DNA of 64,000 nt from an uncultured Nitrospira sp. (lineage in GTDB: Bacteria > Nitrospirota > Thermodesulfovibrionia > Thermodesulfovibrionales > UBA6898). Positions 48,610 to 56,401 of the stretch are shown in pieces. Every line of letters starts with the position of its first letter. Position 1 is the first letter of the stretch. The position numbers and the translations under genes were made by a program. Under the pieces are notes generated by a model that had not been told where the DNA came from, ran no database searches, and saw nothing but the letters and a program-made list of their open reading frames with translations. The DNA is taken from assembly GCA_963734475.1 (NCBI GenBank), contig CAVTHB010000003.1, positions 60,390 through 124,389 of the forward strand, in the 5' to 3' direction.

Positions 48610-49656
48610 TCAATACTTCCAGTTCAGCGCCACGTCGTGGAACTTCATGATATTCTCATAGGGAATCGTCGGTGGTATATCGCAGCCAGGCACGAGGATG
48701 AACCCTTTTGGATCCTTGCCTACTGTCTCGATTATCTCCCTGCAGGCAGCTTCGACCTCTGTCACTGTCTTGTTGAGCAGCACGTGGACAGGCGCAACAT
48801 TGCCTCCGAATGACATCTTCCCGGAAAGGGCTTCTTTCGCTTTTGCAATATCGACCTTCTGGTCAAAAAATATGGTGCTGCAGCCCGTCTGCGGGAAGAG
48901 GTCAAGGCGATCGCTGGTATTGCCGCAGATATGGAGTATTGTATGCACGCCCTTTGACTTTGCCCAGTCACTCATCTTCTTAAGCGGGGGCACAGCGAAT
49001 TTTGCCATCTGCTTGGGATTGATCAGGTCGCCCGAGGCAGTAGGATCCGCAATGCTGAGGGCCTCAACCCCGTCAGTGACAAGGGGTTCATAGAGCTTGA
49101 TGAGCAGATCAGCGCAGAAGTCGACCATCTTTTCGACAAAGGCAGGTTTTTTAAAGGTATATTTCATGAAGGCCTCCTCGCCCACAAAACGGGCGGCCAG
49201 TGTGAATGGTCCCCAGCAGGTCATGGTCACGAGGTACTTGTCGCCGATTTTTTCTTTGACCTTTTTCGTTGCCTCCATCACGTTTAGGACAACAGGGTCC
49301 CGGAAGATGTCCTCCATATCGAGTTTTGCGAGGTCTTCTTCAGAGTTTACGATATGTGTGGTCATGTCAGGAGCGCCTATCTCACGGTATTTGACCCCAA
49401 CACCTTGCTTTCTGCCAAGCGCGATAGCATGGAAGTTATTAAACCCGGACCCGACATAAATAATGTCTGACCTGATCTTTTCAGCCTCGGCAACGCACAT
49501 TTCGACATTCTTCTCTACATTGGTTGCGAGCTCTTCAAAGGATGTGCCGTAGTCCTTGATGGACCACATGCCGCCTCCAAACAAGGTGACGGGGACGCGC
49601 TCGGTCTTCTCCATAGCAAAGGCCTTCAGGATTGTTTCTCTAGGTGTCAAAGCCAT
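48610..49656 (-). CDS. UroD-family methylcobamide methyltransferase (MtaA/MtbA-like) with a Zn-thiol motif, second copy
   Basis: It has the same fold pattern, with candidate zinc ligands LHICGNT ... VPGCD. Confidence 0.85.
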   Translation of the reverse strand: MALTPRETILKAFAMEKTERVPVTLFGGGMWSIKDYGTSFEELATNVEKNVEMCVAEAEKIRSDIIYVGSGFNNFHAIALGRKQGVGVKYREIGAPDMTTHIVNSEEDLAKLDMEDIFRDPVVLNVMEATKKVKEKIGDKYLVTMTCWGPFTLAARFVGEEAFMKYTFKKPAFVEKMVDFCADLLIKLYEPLVTDGVEALSIADPTASGDLINPKQMAKFAVPPLKKMSDWAKSKGVHTILHICGNTSDRLDLFPQTGCSTIFFDQKVDIAKAKEALSGKMSFGGNVAPVHVLLNKTVTEVEAACREIIETVGKDPKGFILVPGCDIPPTIPYENIMKFHDVALNWKY

Positions 49657-49668
49657 TTTTTCTCCTCC

Positions 49669-50019
49669 TTAGGTTATGTGTGTTTTGTTGCTCTGAGGCA
49701 TGGTGTATAAAATGTCCCTGAACTCTTCAAGATCAACAGGAGCGCTAAGGCTCAGGGTGCCTGTCTTGAATTCCGGTTTTCCTGTGACGATTATGAGCAT
49801 GTCCGGAGAAACCGCCTTCATGATCTGCACTGCGTCTTCCACCGGAAGCCCGAAAGATCTGCCGTCGATGATTACGGCATAGTAGGGACTTTTCAGGATC
49901 ATCTGTACGGCAAGGGCAAGGTGGTCGGCTATCTCTACCTCATGGCCTTTGTCACGCAGAATGCCATAAAGGCTTTTTACAAGGATAGGGTCGTGTGTAC
50001 ATAAAAGTACTTCTTCCAT
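49669..50019 (-). CDS. Stand-alone receiver-like (probably pseudo-receiver) domain protein
   Basis: It has REC topology (VLLCTHD..., AVIIDG, LIIVTG). The acidic pair is reduced to T-H-D and the conserved Lys is replaced (SAP instead of KP). Confidence 0.6.
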   Translation of the reverse strand: MEEVLLCTHDPILVKSLYGILRDKGHEVEIADHLALAVQMILKSPYYAVIIDGRSFGLPVEDAVQIMKAVSPDMLIIVTGKPEFKTGTLSLSAPVDLEEFRDILYTMPQSNKTHIT

Positions 50020-50033
50020 GGCTCAATCATATC

Positions 50034-50049
50034 AGCAATTCCAGTGCCA
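50034..50049 (-). promoter_or_regulatory. Candidate sigma-54 promoter (TGGCAC-N5-TTGC)
   Basis: The minus strand reads TGGCACtggaaTTGCTgatatgattgagccATG. The -24/-12 core is perfect. The start codon of the REC-like gene lies only 15 nt after the -12 C. Confidence 0.4.
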
Positions 50050-50157
50050 TCAATGATGGCCCTGCAATAATGGGATTTGTTGGCGGGAAAACTAAAGAAG
50101 AGCTGAATAGTGTGGAAAAATGCCCCATATGCATGGGGAATTATTACCCATCAAAAA

Positions 50158-50307
50158 AGCAGTAAGTGGAAAACAGTAAGCAGTAAGTAGTAAGCAGCCA
50201 GTAGTGTGAGGAAATTAGCGAGTAGTATCATTTTTATACTTGCTATTCACTATTTTTTTTACTATTTACTCCTCACTATTTACTATTCACGTCTCACGCT
50301 TCAGGTC
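50158..50307. repeat. Palindromic element with heptamer-phased CAGTAAG-type arms (family C)
   Basis: The left arm is cagtaag tggaaaa cagtaag cagtaag tagtaag cagccag. The right arm is ...cactatttactcctcactatttactattcac, roughly its reverse complement. It abuts the OsmC stop codon. Confidence 0.7.
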
Positions 50308-50820
50308 TCACGACTTGGGTTTGCTGACCGTTATTTCGCCGGATACCGGGGTAGGTCTCTTCAGGCTGTCCACAACAGGGCAATGCGCCACCACCTTCTC
50401 AGCGAGTTCGCGTATTTTTTCCACGTCATCAGGAGATTCAATATGGAATTCATATTTCAGGTCCTTGAACCCGGCAGACACGTCGTCTACCATGAAGAGC
50501 CCCCTGAGGTCGAGTGTGCCCTCGACATTAACAGTGAGGGAGTTGACGGTAAAACCTTCATGCATGGCAAACTCATAGAACGCCGCCTCGATGCATGCAG
50601 CAAAGGCCGACAGAAGGAGTTCGATAGGGTTCGGTGCCTGGTTGTCGCCGCCTGCTGCCTCAGCATAATCTGACTTCACCAGGTGTTCACGCGCCTTTGA
50701 CTCGGTATAGAGATTTTTTATGTGTTTAGAGGTGACCTTCGGCTTGTAAATGGCGGCCTCAGGTTTTCTTTTAAAGAACTCAATCCTTCTCGCTACTATT
50801 TCTTTTAAATCACTTTTCAT
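50308..50820 (-). CDS. OsmC/Ohr family protein
   Basis: OsmC-like pattern (LLLSAFAACIEAA...VAHCPV). Confidence 0.75.
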   Translation of the reverse strand: MKSDLKEIVARRIEFFKRKPEAAIYKPKVTSKHIKNLYTESKAREHLVKSDYAEAAGGDNQAPNPIELLLSAFAACIEAAFYEFAMHEGFTVNSLTVNVEGTLDLRGLFMVDDVSAGFKDLKYEFHIESPDDVEKIRELAEKVVAHCPVVDSLKRPTPVSGEITVSKPKS

Positions 50821-51427
50821 CGGCCATCTCCTTTATACAGCGAAAACAATTTAAACATCTTGCAACTGGAACTACTAGTTGTTCAGTCGTTGCCCATTTC
50901 GCATTGAGTCTGACGCTATCTCAACTGTCAGCTTTTACAAATGACACCCCGGACACAAGGCATTTGACATGACTTTGATCTTGTCATTTAATTCTGCCGC
51001 CAAGTCTAATTGGTTTCATGATCGACACATATATGGTTCATTAACTCTAATAACTTACACTATTGTCGATTTGTTTGAAAAGAGCGGCTTACAAGGGAGA
51101 CTAAAAAAAAGGTTTGGTTCACATCCAAAAAAACGTTTCAAAGAGCCGAAATTGTGTGGGATACCGGAAGTCATATGGTCAGCACGTGGGATGCAAAAAA
51201 CACTGCTTGTTTTTGTGCTAACGATCTGTGAGAAGATTTTTCCGCTGTAACAGCAAGCAGTGGTCTGAAAGATTTTTTTGCCGGTTGCCGGTCGATGACA
51301 GTATGCTCCTATTCACAATTCTTCATAATTCTTTCGCTGGCTCTTCACATAAATTTGCTAATCTTTTCTTAAGAAGAAAGATAAAAATCAAATCCAAAGA
51401 ACTCAAAAAAGAAGGAGAGGAGAAGAG

Positions 51428-52078
51428 ATGAAATCTATTCAAACGGCATTTAAGTTGATAGTGATTGCATCAGTGTCGACACTATTGGCAGCCGGCGTCG
51501 CATACGCTGACAATCGTGGTGGCGGTCAGTATTCCGGTGGCAGTCTTAATCGTAGTGGCGGTCAGTATTCCGGTGGCAGTCATACTCGTGGTGGCGGTCA
51601 GTATTACAATGGCGGTCATAATCGTAGTGGCGGTCAGTATTCCGGTGGCAGTCATACTCGCGGTGGCGGTCAGTATTACAATAGCGGTCATAATCGTAGT
51701 GGTAATTATTACGGGGGTGATCACTATCGTGGCGGTCACTATTACGGGGGTGATCACTATCGTGGCGGTCACTATTACGGGGGCGGACATTATTATGGTT
51801 CAGGCTATTACTATGGTCCTCGCTATGGGTGGTATGGTCCTCGCTATGGATGGTATGGTTCAGGCTATTACAATGGTCCTCGTTATGGGTGGTGGAGACC
51901 TTGGCGTTACTACCCGTCTGTCTACCCATACTACTATGCTGACTACTACCCTAACTACTATCCATCCTATTACCCATACTCGCCCACAGACGTAGCGCCT
52001 TCATCACCGCCGGCCTACATTGAGCGGGGGCAGGTAGAGGATGCGCCGGCATCCACGAACATTGAGCCGCAGCAATAA
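51428..52078 (+). CDS. Secreted Gly/Tyr/His/Arg-rich low-complexity repeat protein
   Basis: It has a signal peptide (...LLAAGVAYA). Five 12-aa GGQY(S/Y)xG(S/G)Hx R x units follow, then GDHYRGGHYYG and GPRYGWYG units, then a YYP-rich tail. A GGAGAGGAG RBS is present. Confidence 0.7.
   Translation: MKSIQTAFKLIVIASVSTLLAAGVAYADNRGGGQYSGGSLNRSGGQYSGGSHTRGGGQYYNGGHNRSGGQYSGGSHTRGGGQYYNSGHNRSGNYYGGDHYRGGHYYGGDHYRGGHYYGGGHYYGSGYYYGPRYGWYGPRYGWYGSGYYNGPRYGWWRPWRYYPSVYPYYYADYYPNYYPSYYPYSPTDVAPSSPPAYIERGQVEDAPASTNIEPQQ
51521..51700 (+). repeat. Five tandem 36-bp coding repeats (followed by 33-bp and 21-bp repeat units to about 51900)
   Basis: The unit ggcggtcagtattccggtggcagtcatactcgtggt is repeated head to tail with few substitutions. 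Confidence 0.9.
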
Positions 52079-52143
52079 GCGTCAGAACCCGAGTCCACAC
52101 GCACCTGGCTTATTACCCAGGTGCTGTGTGGACTCAAGGTATT

Positions 52144-53040
52144 CTATTCATTTAGAATCAGAATCTCGACTCTTCTATTCTCGAACCTGCCTTTTTCTGT
52201 CTTGTTATCGGCAATAGGATTCGATTCACCGCGTCCGACTGTTGAAATCCGTGAAGGGTCGACTCCAGCCTCCGCTACAAGATATTGTTTCACCGCCTGA
52301 GCCCTCTTTTCGGAAAGCCTCAGGTTATAGGCTTCTGTTCCGCTGTTGTCCGTGTATCCGTCAAGCTCGATTTTAGCGTCAGGATATTTTTTTACAAAAC
52401 CTAACACCTTATCGAGGGCTGCCTTATCGCCTGAGCGAATATTGGCCTGATCGACGTTGAAGTTCACCCTGAGCGTCATCTTGTCTATTATCCTGGCAGT
52501 CGGATGGGGTAACGCCGGCGGGGGCGGCGGAGGCGGAAATTTAGCCGGGGGAGGAAACGCATTTCTTGAGGAAGCTACAAATCCCTGATCGCTCAACCTC
52601 CCGTATACAGGGACCCGGTTTCCCTTCGCATACATGCACTGAAGATAGGCGTTGTCATAACGCTGTTGAGCCTCATAGTAGGAACCTGCCGCATAACCGC
52701 TGCCAGCAGCGCTCCCGATGATCAGCCCGCTCCCTGCGCCGATTGCAGCTCCGGCGCCAAAATCCCCCGTGGCACTCCCTATCGCAGCACCTGCGGCAGC
52801 ACCCAGGATCGTTCCGGCGACAGCGCTTTGTACAGCCGCGTCCTGACCAGCCTGTTGGGCGGCAGCTCCTCCCATCTGATTGTAGGCAAACTGCCGACAT
52901 GTTGCATCGTCTTTCTCGAACTGCTCAAAACTCTTGCCTGTTCCCGGCAGAGACATCACGCTTGGTCCTGTCGGGACCGTCGCACAAGCTGCGAGAGATG
53001 CGATCAGTATGCAAAGCCAGAAAATTATTAAACGCCGCAT
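52144..53040 (-). CDS. OmpA-family lipoprotein with a glycine-zipper region
   Basis: Lipobox IASLAAC. The Gly/Ala zipper is GAAAGAAIGSATGDFGAGAAIGAGSG. A proline-rich linker follows. The C-terminal OmpA peptidoglycan-binding domain shows YTDNSG...NRRVEI. Confidence 0.85.
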   Translation of the reverse strand: MRRLIIFWLCILIASLAACATVPTGPSVMSLPGTGKSFEQFEKDDATCRQFAYNQMGGAAAQQAGQDAAVQSAVAGTILGAAAGAAIGSATGDFGAGAAIGAGSGLIIGSAAGSGYAAGSYYEAQQRYDNAYLQCMYAKGNRVPVYGRLSDQGFVASSRNAFPPPAKFPPPPPPPALPHPTARIIDKMTLRVNFNVDQANIRSGDKAALDKVLGFVKKYPDAKIELDGYTDNSGTEAYNLRLSEKRAQAVKQYLVAEAGVDPSRISTVGRGESNPIADNKTEKGRFENRRVEILILNE

Positions 53041-53327
53041 GACATCACCTCACCATCCCTTATAGCGGCTGCGTCGAAGCTTTCTTCCGACCGCCAGGGA
53101 TCTTTGGATATAACGATGAAAGCATTTCAGCTTCTATTTAAAGGCTATGTCAAAACATTGTTCTTGTCAAGAGAGGTGGCACAGTGAGGGGAAAAGAGTG
53201 GAAGCAGATCAAGGAGAGATCTTAAGCGTTCAATATATGAAAAATAGCCGATTATCATAAATAAATATTTTGACGTGAAAATGTCATAGTATTTGAATTC
53301 AGTGAGTTAGTTTGTTCATACTGAATT

Positions 53328-54206
53328 ATGAGGACGACGATTGTATGCGGACTGTTGGGATCGGGAAAGACAACCTTTATACAGAACTTACTCAGGGACA
53401 GCACTGAAAAAGCGGTTGTCCTGGTGAATGACTTCGGCAGGGCCGGCATTGACGGCGAGATATTCTCGATGAGCGGGATTGAGTCGATTGAACTGCCCAG
53501 CGGGTGTGTATGCTGCACGCTCAAGACTGACCTTATTTCGACAATAGAAAAGATCATCGCGGTCTTTGCCCCAGAGCATCTTCTGATCGAGCCGAGTGGT
53601 GTGGCCTCCCCATCCGGGGTGCTCGAAGCGCTTGATCTGCTCAAAATAACCCCGGTCATGGTAATCGGAATTGTCGATGCAACAGAGTTCATTGATCTCT
53701 ACGAGGCTGAGATTTACGGCGGTTTCTTTCAGGACCAGGTGGCAAACTCGGACGTGATCCTCATCAATAAATCAGATCTGGCGGATGAGGAGAAAATAAC
53801 AAAGACGCTAATCCTTATCGAGGCGATCAATCCCCGAGCCGTCACGTTCCGTACCGTGCAGGCAATCCTGGAATTGCCTGTCCCTGGTACCCTGACCGGA
53901 CAACGGGCTATACAACGGCGCGCGCCTCATCTGCACTTTGATACCTTGTCATTCAGTCTGGACAGGGCAGTAAAGTTTCCTTCCTATAAGAGATTATTTG
54001 CAGAGATGAAAGAAGGAGTCTACGGCCATATCTTACGGGCCAAATCTCTTGTCCAAACAGACCAGGGACCTTTCCGTTTCGATCTTTCCTATGGAAATCT
54101 GGATGTGGCCTCCCTTGCTTTATCGCCGGAGGAAAACCGGTTGGTCATTATCGGTGAGCATCTGGAAAGAGAAGACATCTCCAGGGCGCTTGCCTGCTTC
54201 CCGTAA
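53328..54206 (+). CDS. CobW/COG0523-family metallochaperone GTPase
   Basis: It has the P-loop GLLGSGKTT, the CxCC motif GCVCCT, and the NKSDL motif. Confidence 0.85.
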   Translation: MRTTIVCGLLGSGKTTFIQNLLRDSTEKAVVLVNDFGRAGIDGEIFSMSGIESIELPSGCVCCTLKTDLISTIEKIIAVFAPEHLLIEPSGVASPSGVLEALDLLKITPVMVIGIVDATEFIDLYEAEIYGGFFQDQVANSDVILINKSDLADEEKITKTLILIEAINPRAVTFRTVQAILELPVPGTLTGQRAIQRRAPHLHFDTLSFSLDRAVKFPSYKRLFAEMKEGVYGHILRAKSLVQTDQGPFRFDLSYGNLDVASLALSPEENRLVIIGEHLEREDISRALACFP

Positions 54207-54208
54207 AT

Positions 54209-54869
54209 TTAGGAGACCGCTTTTTTGAATTCTTCAATGCCGATCCGTCTGATAAGATTCGGCATCCGCTCCTTTCCGTTTGCCAGTCTAGCATAAATCT
54301 CAAGGCATTTTCTCAAAAAATCAAGGGCCTGCTCTTCTGAAAGGTCTTCTGCTATCACATCACCAATGCGCGGCCTGCCTCCGGAATTTCCACCGGCAAC
54401 GACCGACCAACCCTTATTGGTGCCAAAGGCCCCGAAGTCTCTTAGAATAGCTTTCAGCGCAGTTGAGTTTGCAGCCTGATATCCCGATTTTTGTCTTAGC
54501 AGGAATGCTGTTTTCTTTTCCGACATAGAGCATTTCGAGCTTCTTCGCAAGTCCGAGTGAATCCTGCTGACCGAACTTGCACCAGGTGTTGCCGGGACAG
54601 GCCTGAACATAGTGAATACACGGCCCCTCTGCGGGACCTATGCCCATGCCCAGGTCCTGCCACGCACCATCGATGTCTTCAGGTTTTAAGCCTATAAAAG
54701 CTATGCGCTGACCTGATGTGATTTTTATGGCAGGTATATTGTACTTGCGGGCCACCTTTGCCATATTCTCAAGGTTCTCAGGGGTAATGATTCCCATCGG
54801 CACACGGGCCACAATCGCATATGTTTTTTTGTCTCTCTGCAGAATCGCTCCAGTTGCTGCCTTATCCAT
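54209..54869 (-). pseudogene. Small siroheme-type nitrite/sulfite-reductase-like protein, split by one frameshift near 54440
   Basis: ORF 54414-54959 (real start probably the ATG at 54869, after an AAAGGAG RBS) carries the cluster Cys motifs CPGNTWC and ISGCKLNCAES. The sequence continues in another frame (54209-54610) as DFGAFGTNKGWSVVAGGNSG.... Confidence 0.65.
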
Positions 54870-55067
54870 CTTACTCGCTCCTTTATTAGAAGTTACTCGA
54901 ATATTATATACCATGGCGATACTCAAGCAATCATAATGAGGCTCGGCACAGGGGTGCAATTGACTGCGCCCGCCAGAATAGATAGACGGAGTCTTTGTTC
55001 AGTAGCAGGGCAGAATTAAAACAGGGCGTAATGAATCACGCCCCTACGATTGCTGGTGACACTGTGC

Positions 55068-56401
55068 CTAACTGATCCCGTATTTTTTCAGCTTCAGATA
55101 AAGCGTCTTCCTGTCTATGCCGAGCATCTGACTGGCCTTTGACTGGTTGCCGTCTGCTTCATGCAATACTTTCAGGATATGGTCTTTTTCCATGTCTTCA
55201 AGTGAGGGGTTCGCAGCGGTTATCTTTACCGGCATGGACGGTCGGCAACGATATATCTTCTTCCCGTATGTTTTCAGAGTCACAAAGAATTACTGCACGC
55301 TCTATTATATTTTCCAGCTCTCTGACATTGCCGGGCCAGTCGTAACCATTAAGAATATCCAGCACGGCCGGGTCAAAACCGGAAATTGATTTTGCCAGCT
55401 TTTGACTGTATTTTTTCAGGAAAAACCTGGAAAGTTCCGGAATGTCCTCTTTCCTTTCCCTGAGCGGAGGCAGCGTGATATTGATAACATTCAGGCGGTA
55501 ATAAAGGTCCTCCCTGAAACGGCCTGCCCCGATCAGGGCAGAGAGGTCCTTGTTCGTGGCCGCGATGACCCGTGTGTCGACGGTGAGGGTCTTGTTTCCC
55601 CCGACCCTTCTGAATTCTCCGGAATCGAGAAAACGGAGGAGGTTCGCCTGGAGACCGAGAGGCATTTCAGCGATTTCATCGAGAAACAGGGTCCCTTTGT
55701 CAGCCACTTCCACTATCCCGTGCTTTGCCTGGTAGGCATTGGTAAAAGCGCCTTTTTCATGGCCGAAGAGTTCGGATTCTATCAGATTTTCAGAGAAGGC
55801 CGCGCAATTCAGGGCGATGAACGGCAGTTTGCTTCTTTTGCTGTGCTGCCAGACAGTGTTGGCTATCAGCTCTTTTCCTGTCCCGCTTTCGCCCTGTATC
55901 AGGACCGTGGAGTCGGTTGGGGCGATCTTCCGGATCAGGGAAAGTATGTTCATGAACTGGGGACTTTTGGCGATGATCTCGGAGGATGTTTCCTGCCTCA
56001 CCAGTTCCTGCTGAAGCAGCTGGTTCTTTATTTTCAGCTGTCCGAACTCATACGCCCTGTTGATGATAATCACCAGTTCATCAAGTTTATAGGGTTTCGT
56101 GAGGTAGTCATATGCGCCGTGTTTCATCGCCTCGACAGCTGTCTCGACCGTGGCCCTGCCGGTGAGCACAATGATCACCGGAGACGCAGGGTCCTGTCTT
56201 GAGTTTTTTCATCAGGGTAATACCGTCGGTCCCGGGCATTACAATATCGAGCAGGACCACATCATACGTATTGCTTTTTATCAACCCGAACGCTGTGTCG
56301 CCGTCAGGGGCGGTTTCCACGGAAAACCCCTTTCGCGGCAGTTCTTTTGTCAGAAGTCTTCTCATCGGTTCGTCGTCGTCGACCGCGAGTATCTTAACCA
56401 T
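55068..56401 (-). pseudogene. NtrC/AtoC-type sigma-54-dependent response regulator (REC - AAA+ - Fis HTH) with two frameshifts
   Basis: The REC domain is at 56108-56401 (ILAVDDDEP...LLDIVMPGTDG). The AAA+ domain is at 55198-56178 (GESGTGKE, GAFTNA, ESELFGHEKGAF). The HTH is at 55068-55283 (NQSKASQMLGIDRKTLYLKLKKYGI). The three parts are each in a different frame. Confidence 0.9.

Noticed and set aside
51521-51900. Regular short direct repeats that could be mistaken for a CRISPR array.
   Set aside because: The repeats are contiguous, with no unique spacers. The periods are 36, 33 and 21 bp, and they lie inside a coding frame. No cas genes are in the window.
51465-51995. Alternative-frame ORFs over the Gly/Tyr-rich gene (51465-51995 plus strand; 51482-51790 and 51546-51929 minus strand).
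   Set aside because: They are open only because the DNA is a tandem repeat. Only the frame starting at 51428 has an RBS and a signal peptide.
53250-53327. Possible Zur-type operator upstream of the COG0523/CobW gene (AT-rich, with ttcagt...actgaa inverted segments).
   Set aside because: The palindrome is short and does not resemble the Zur boxes I know. I cannot separate it from chance in AT-rich DNA.
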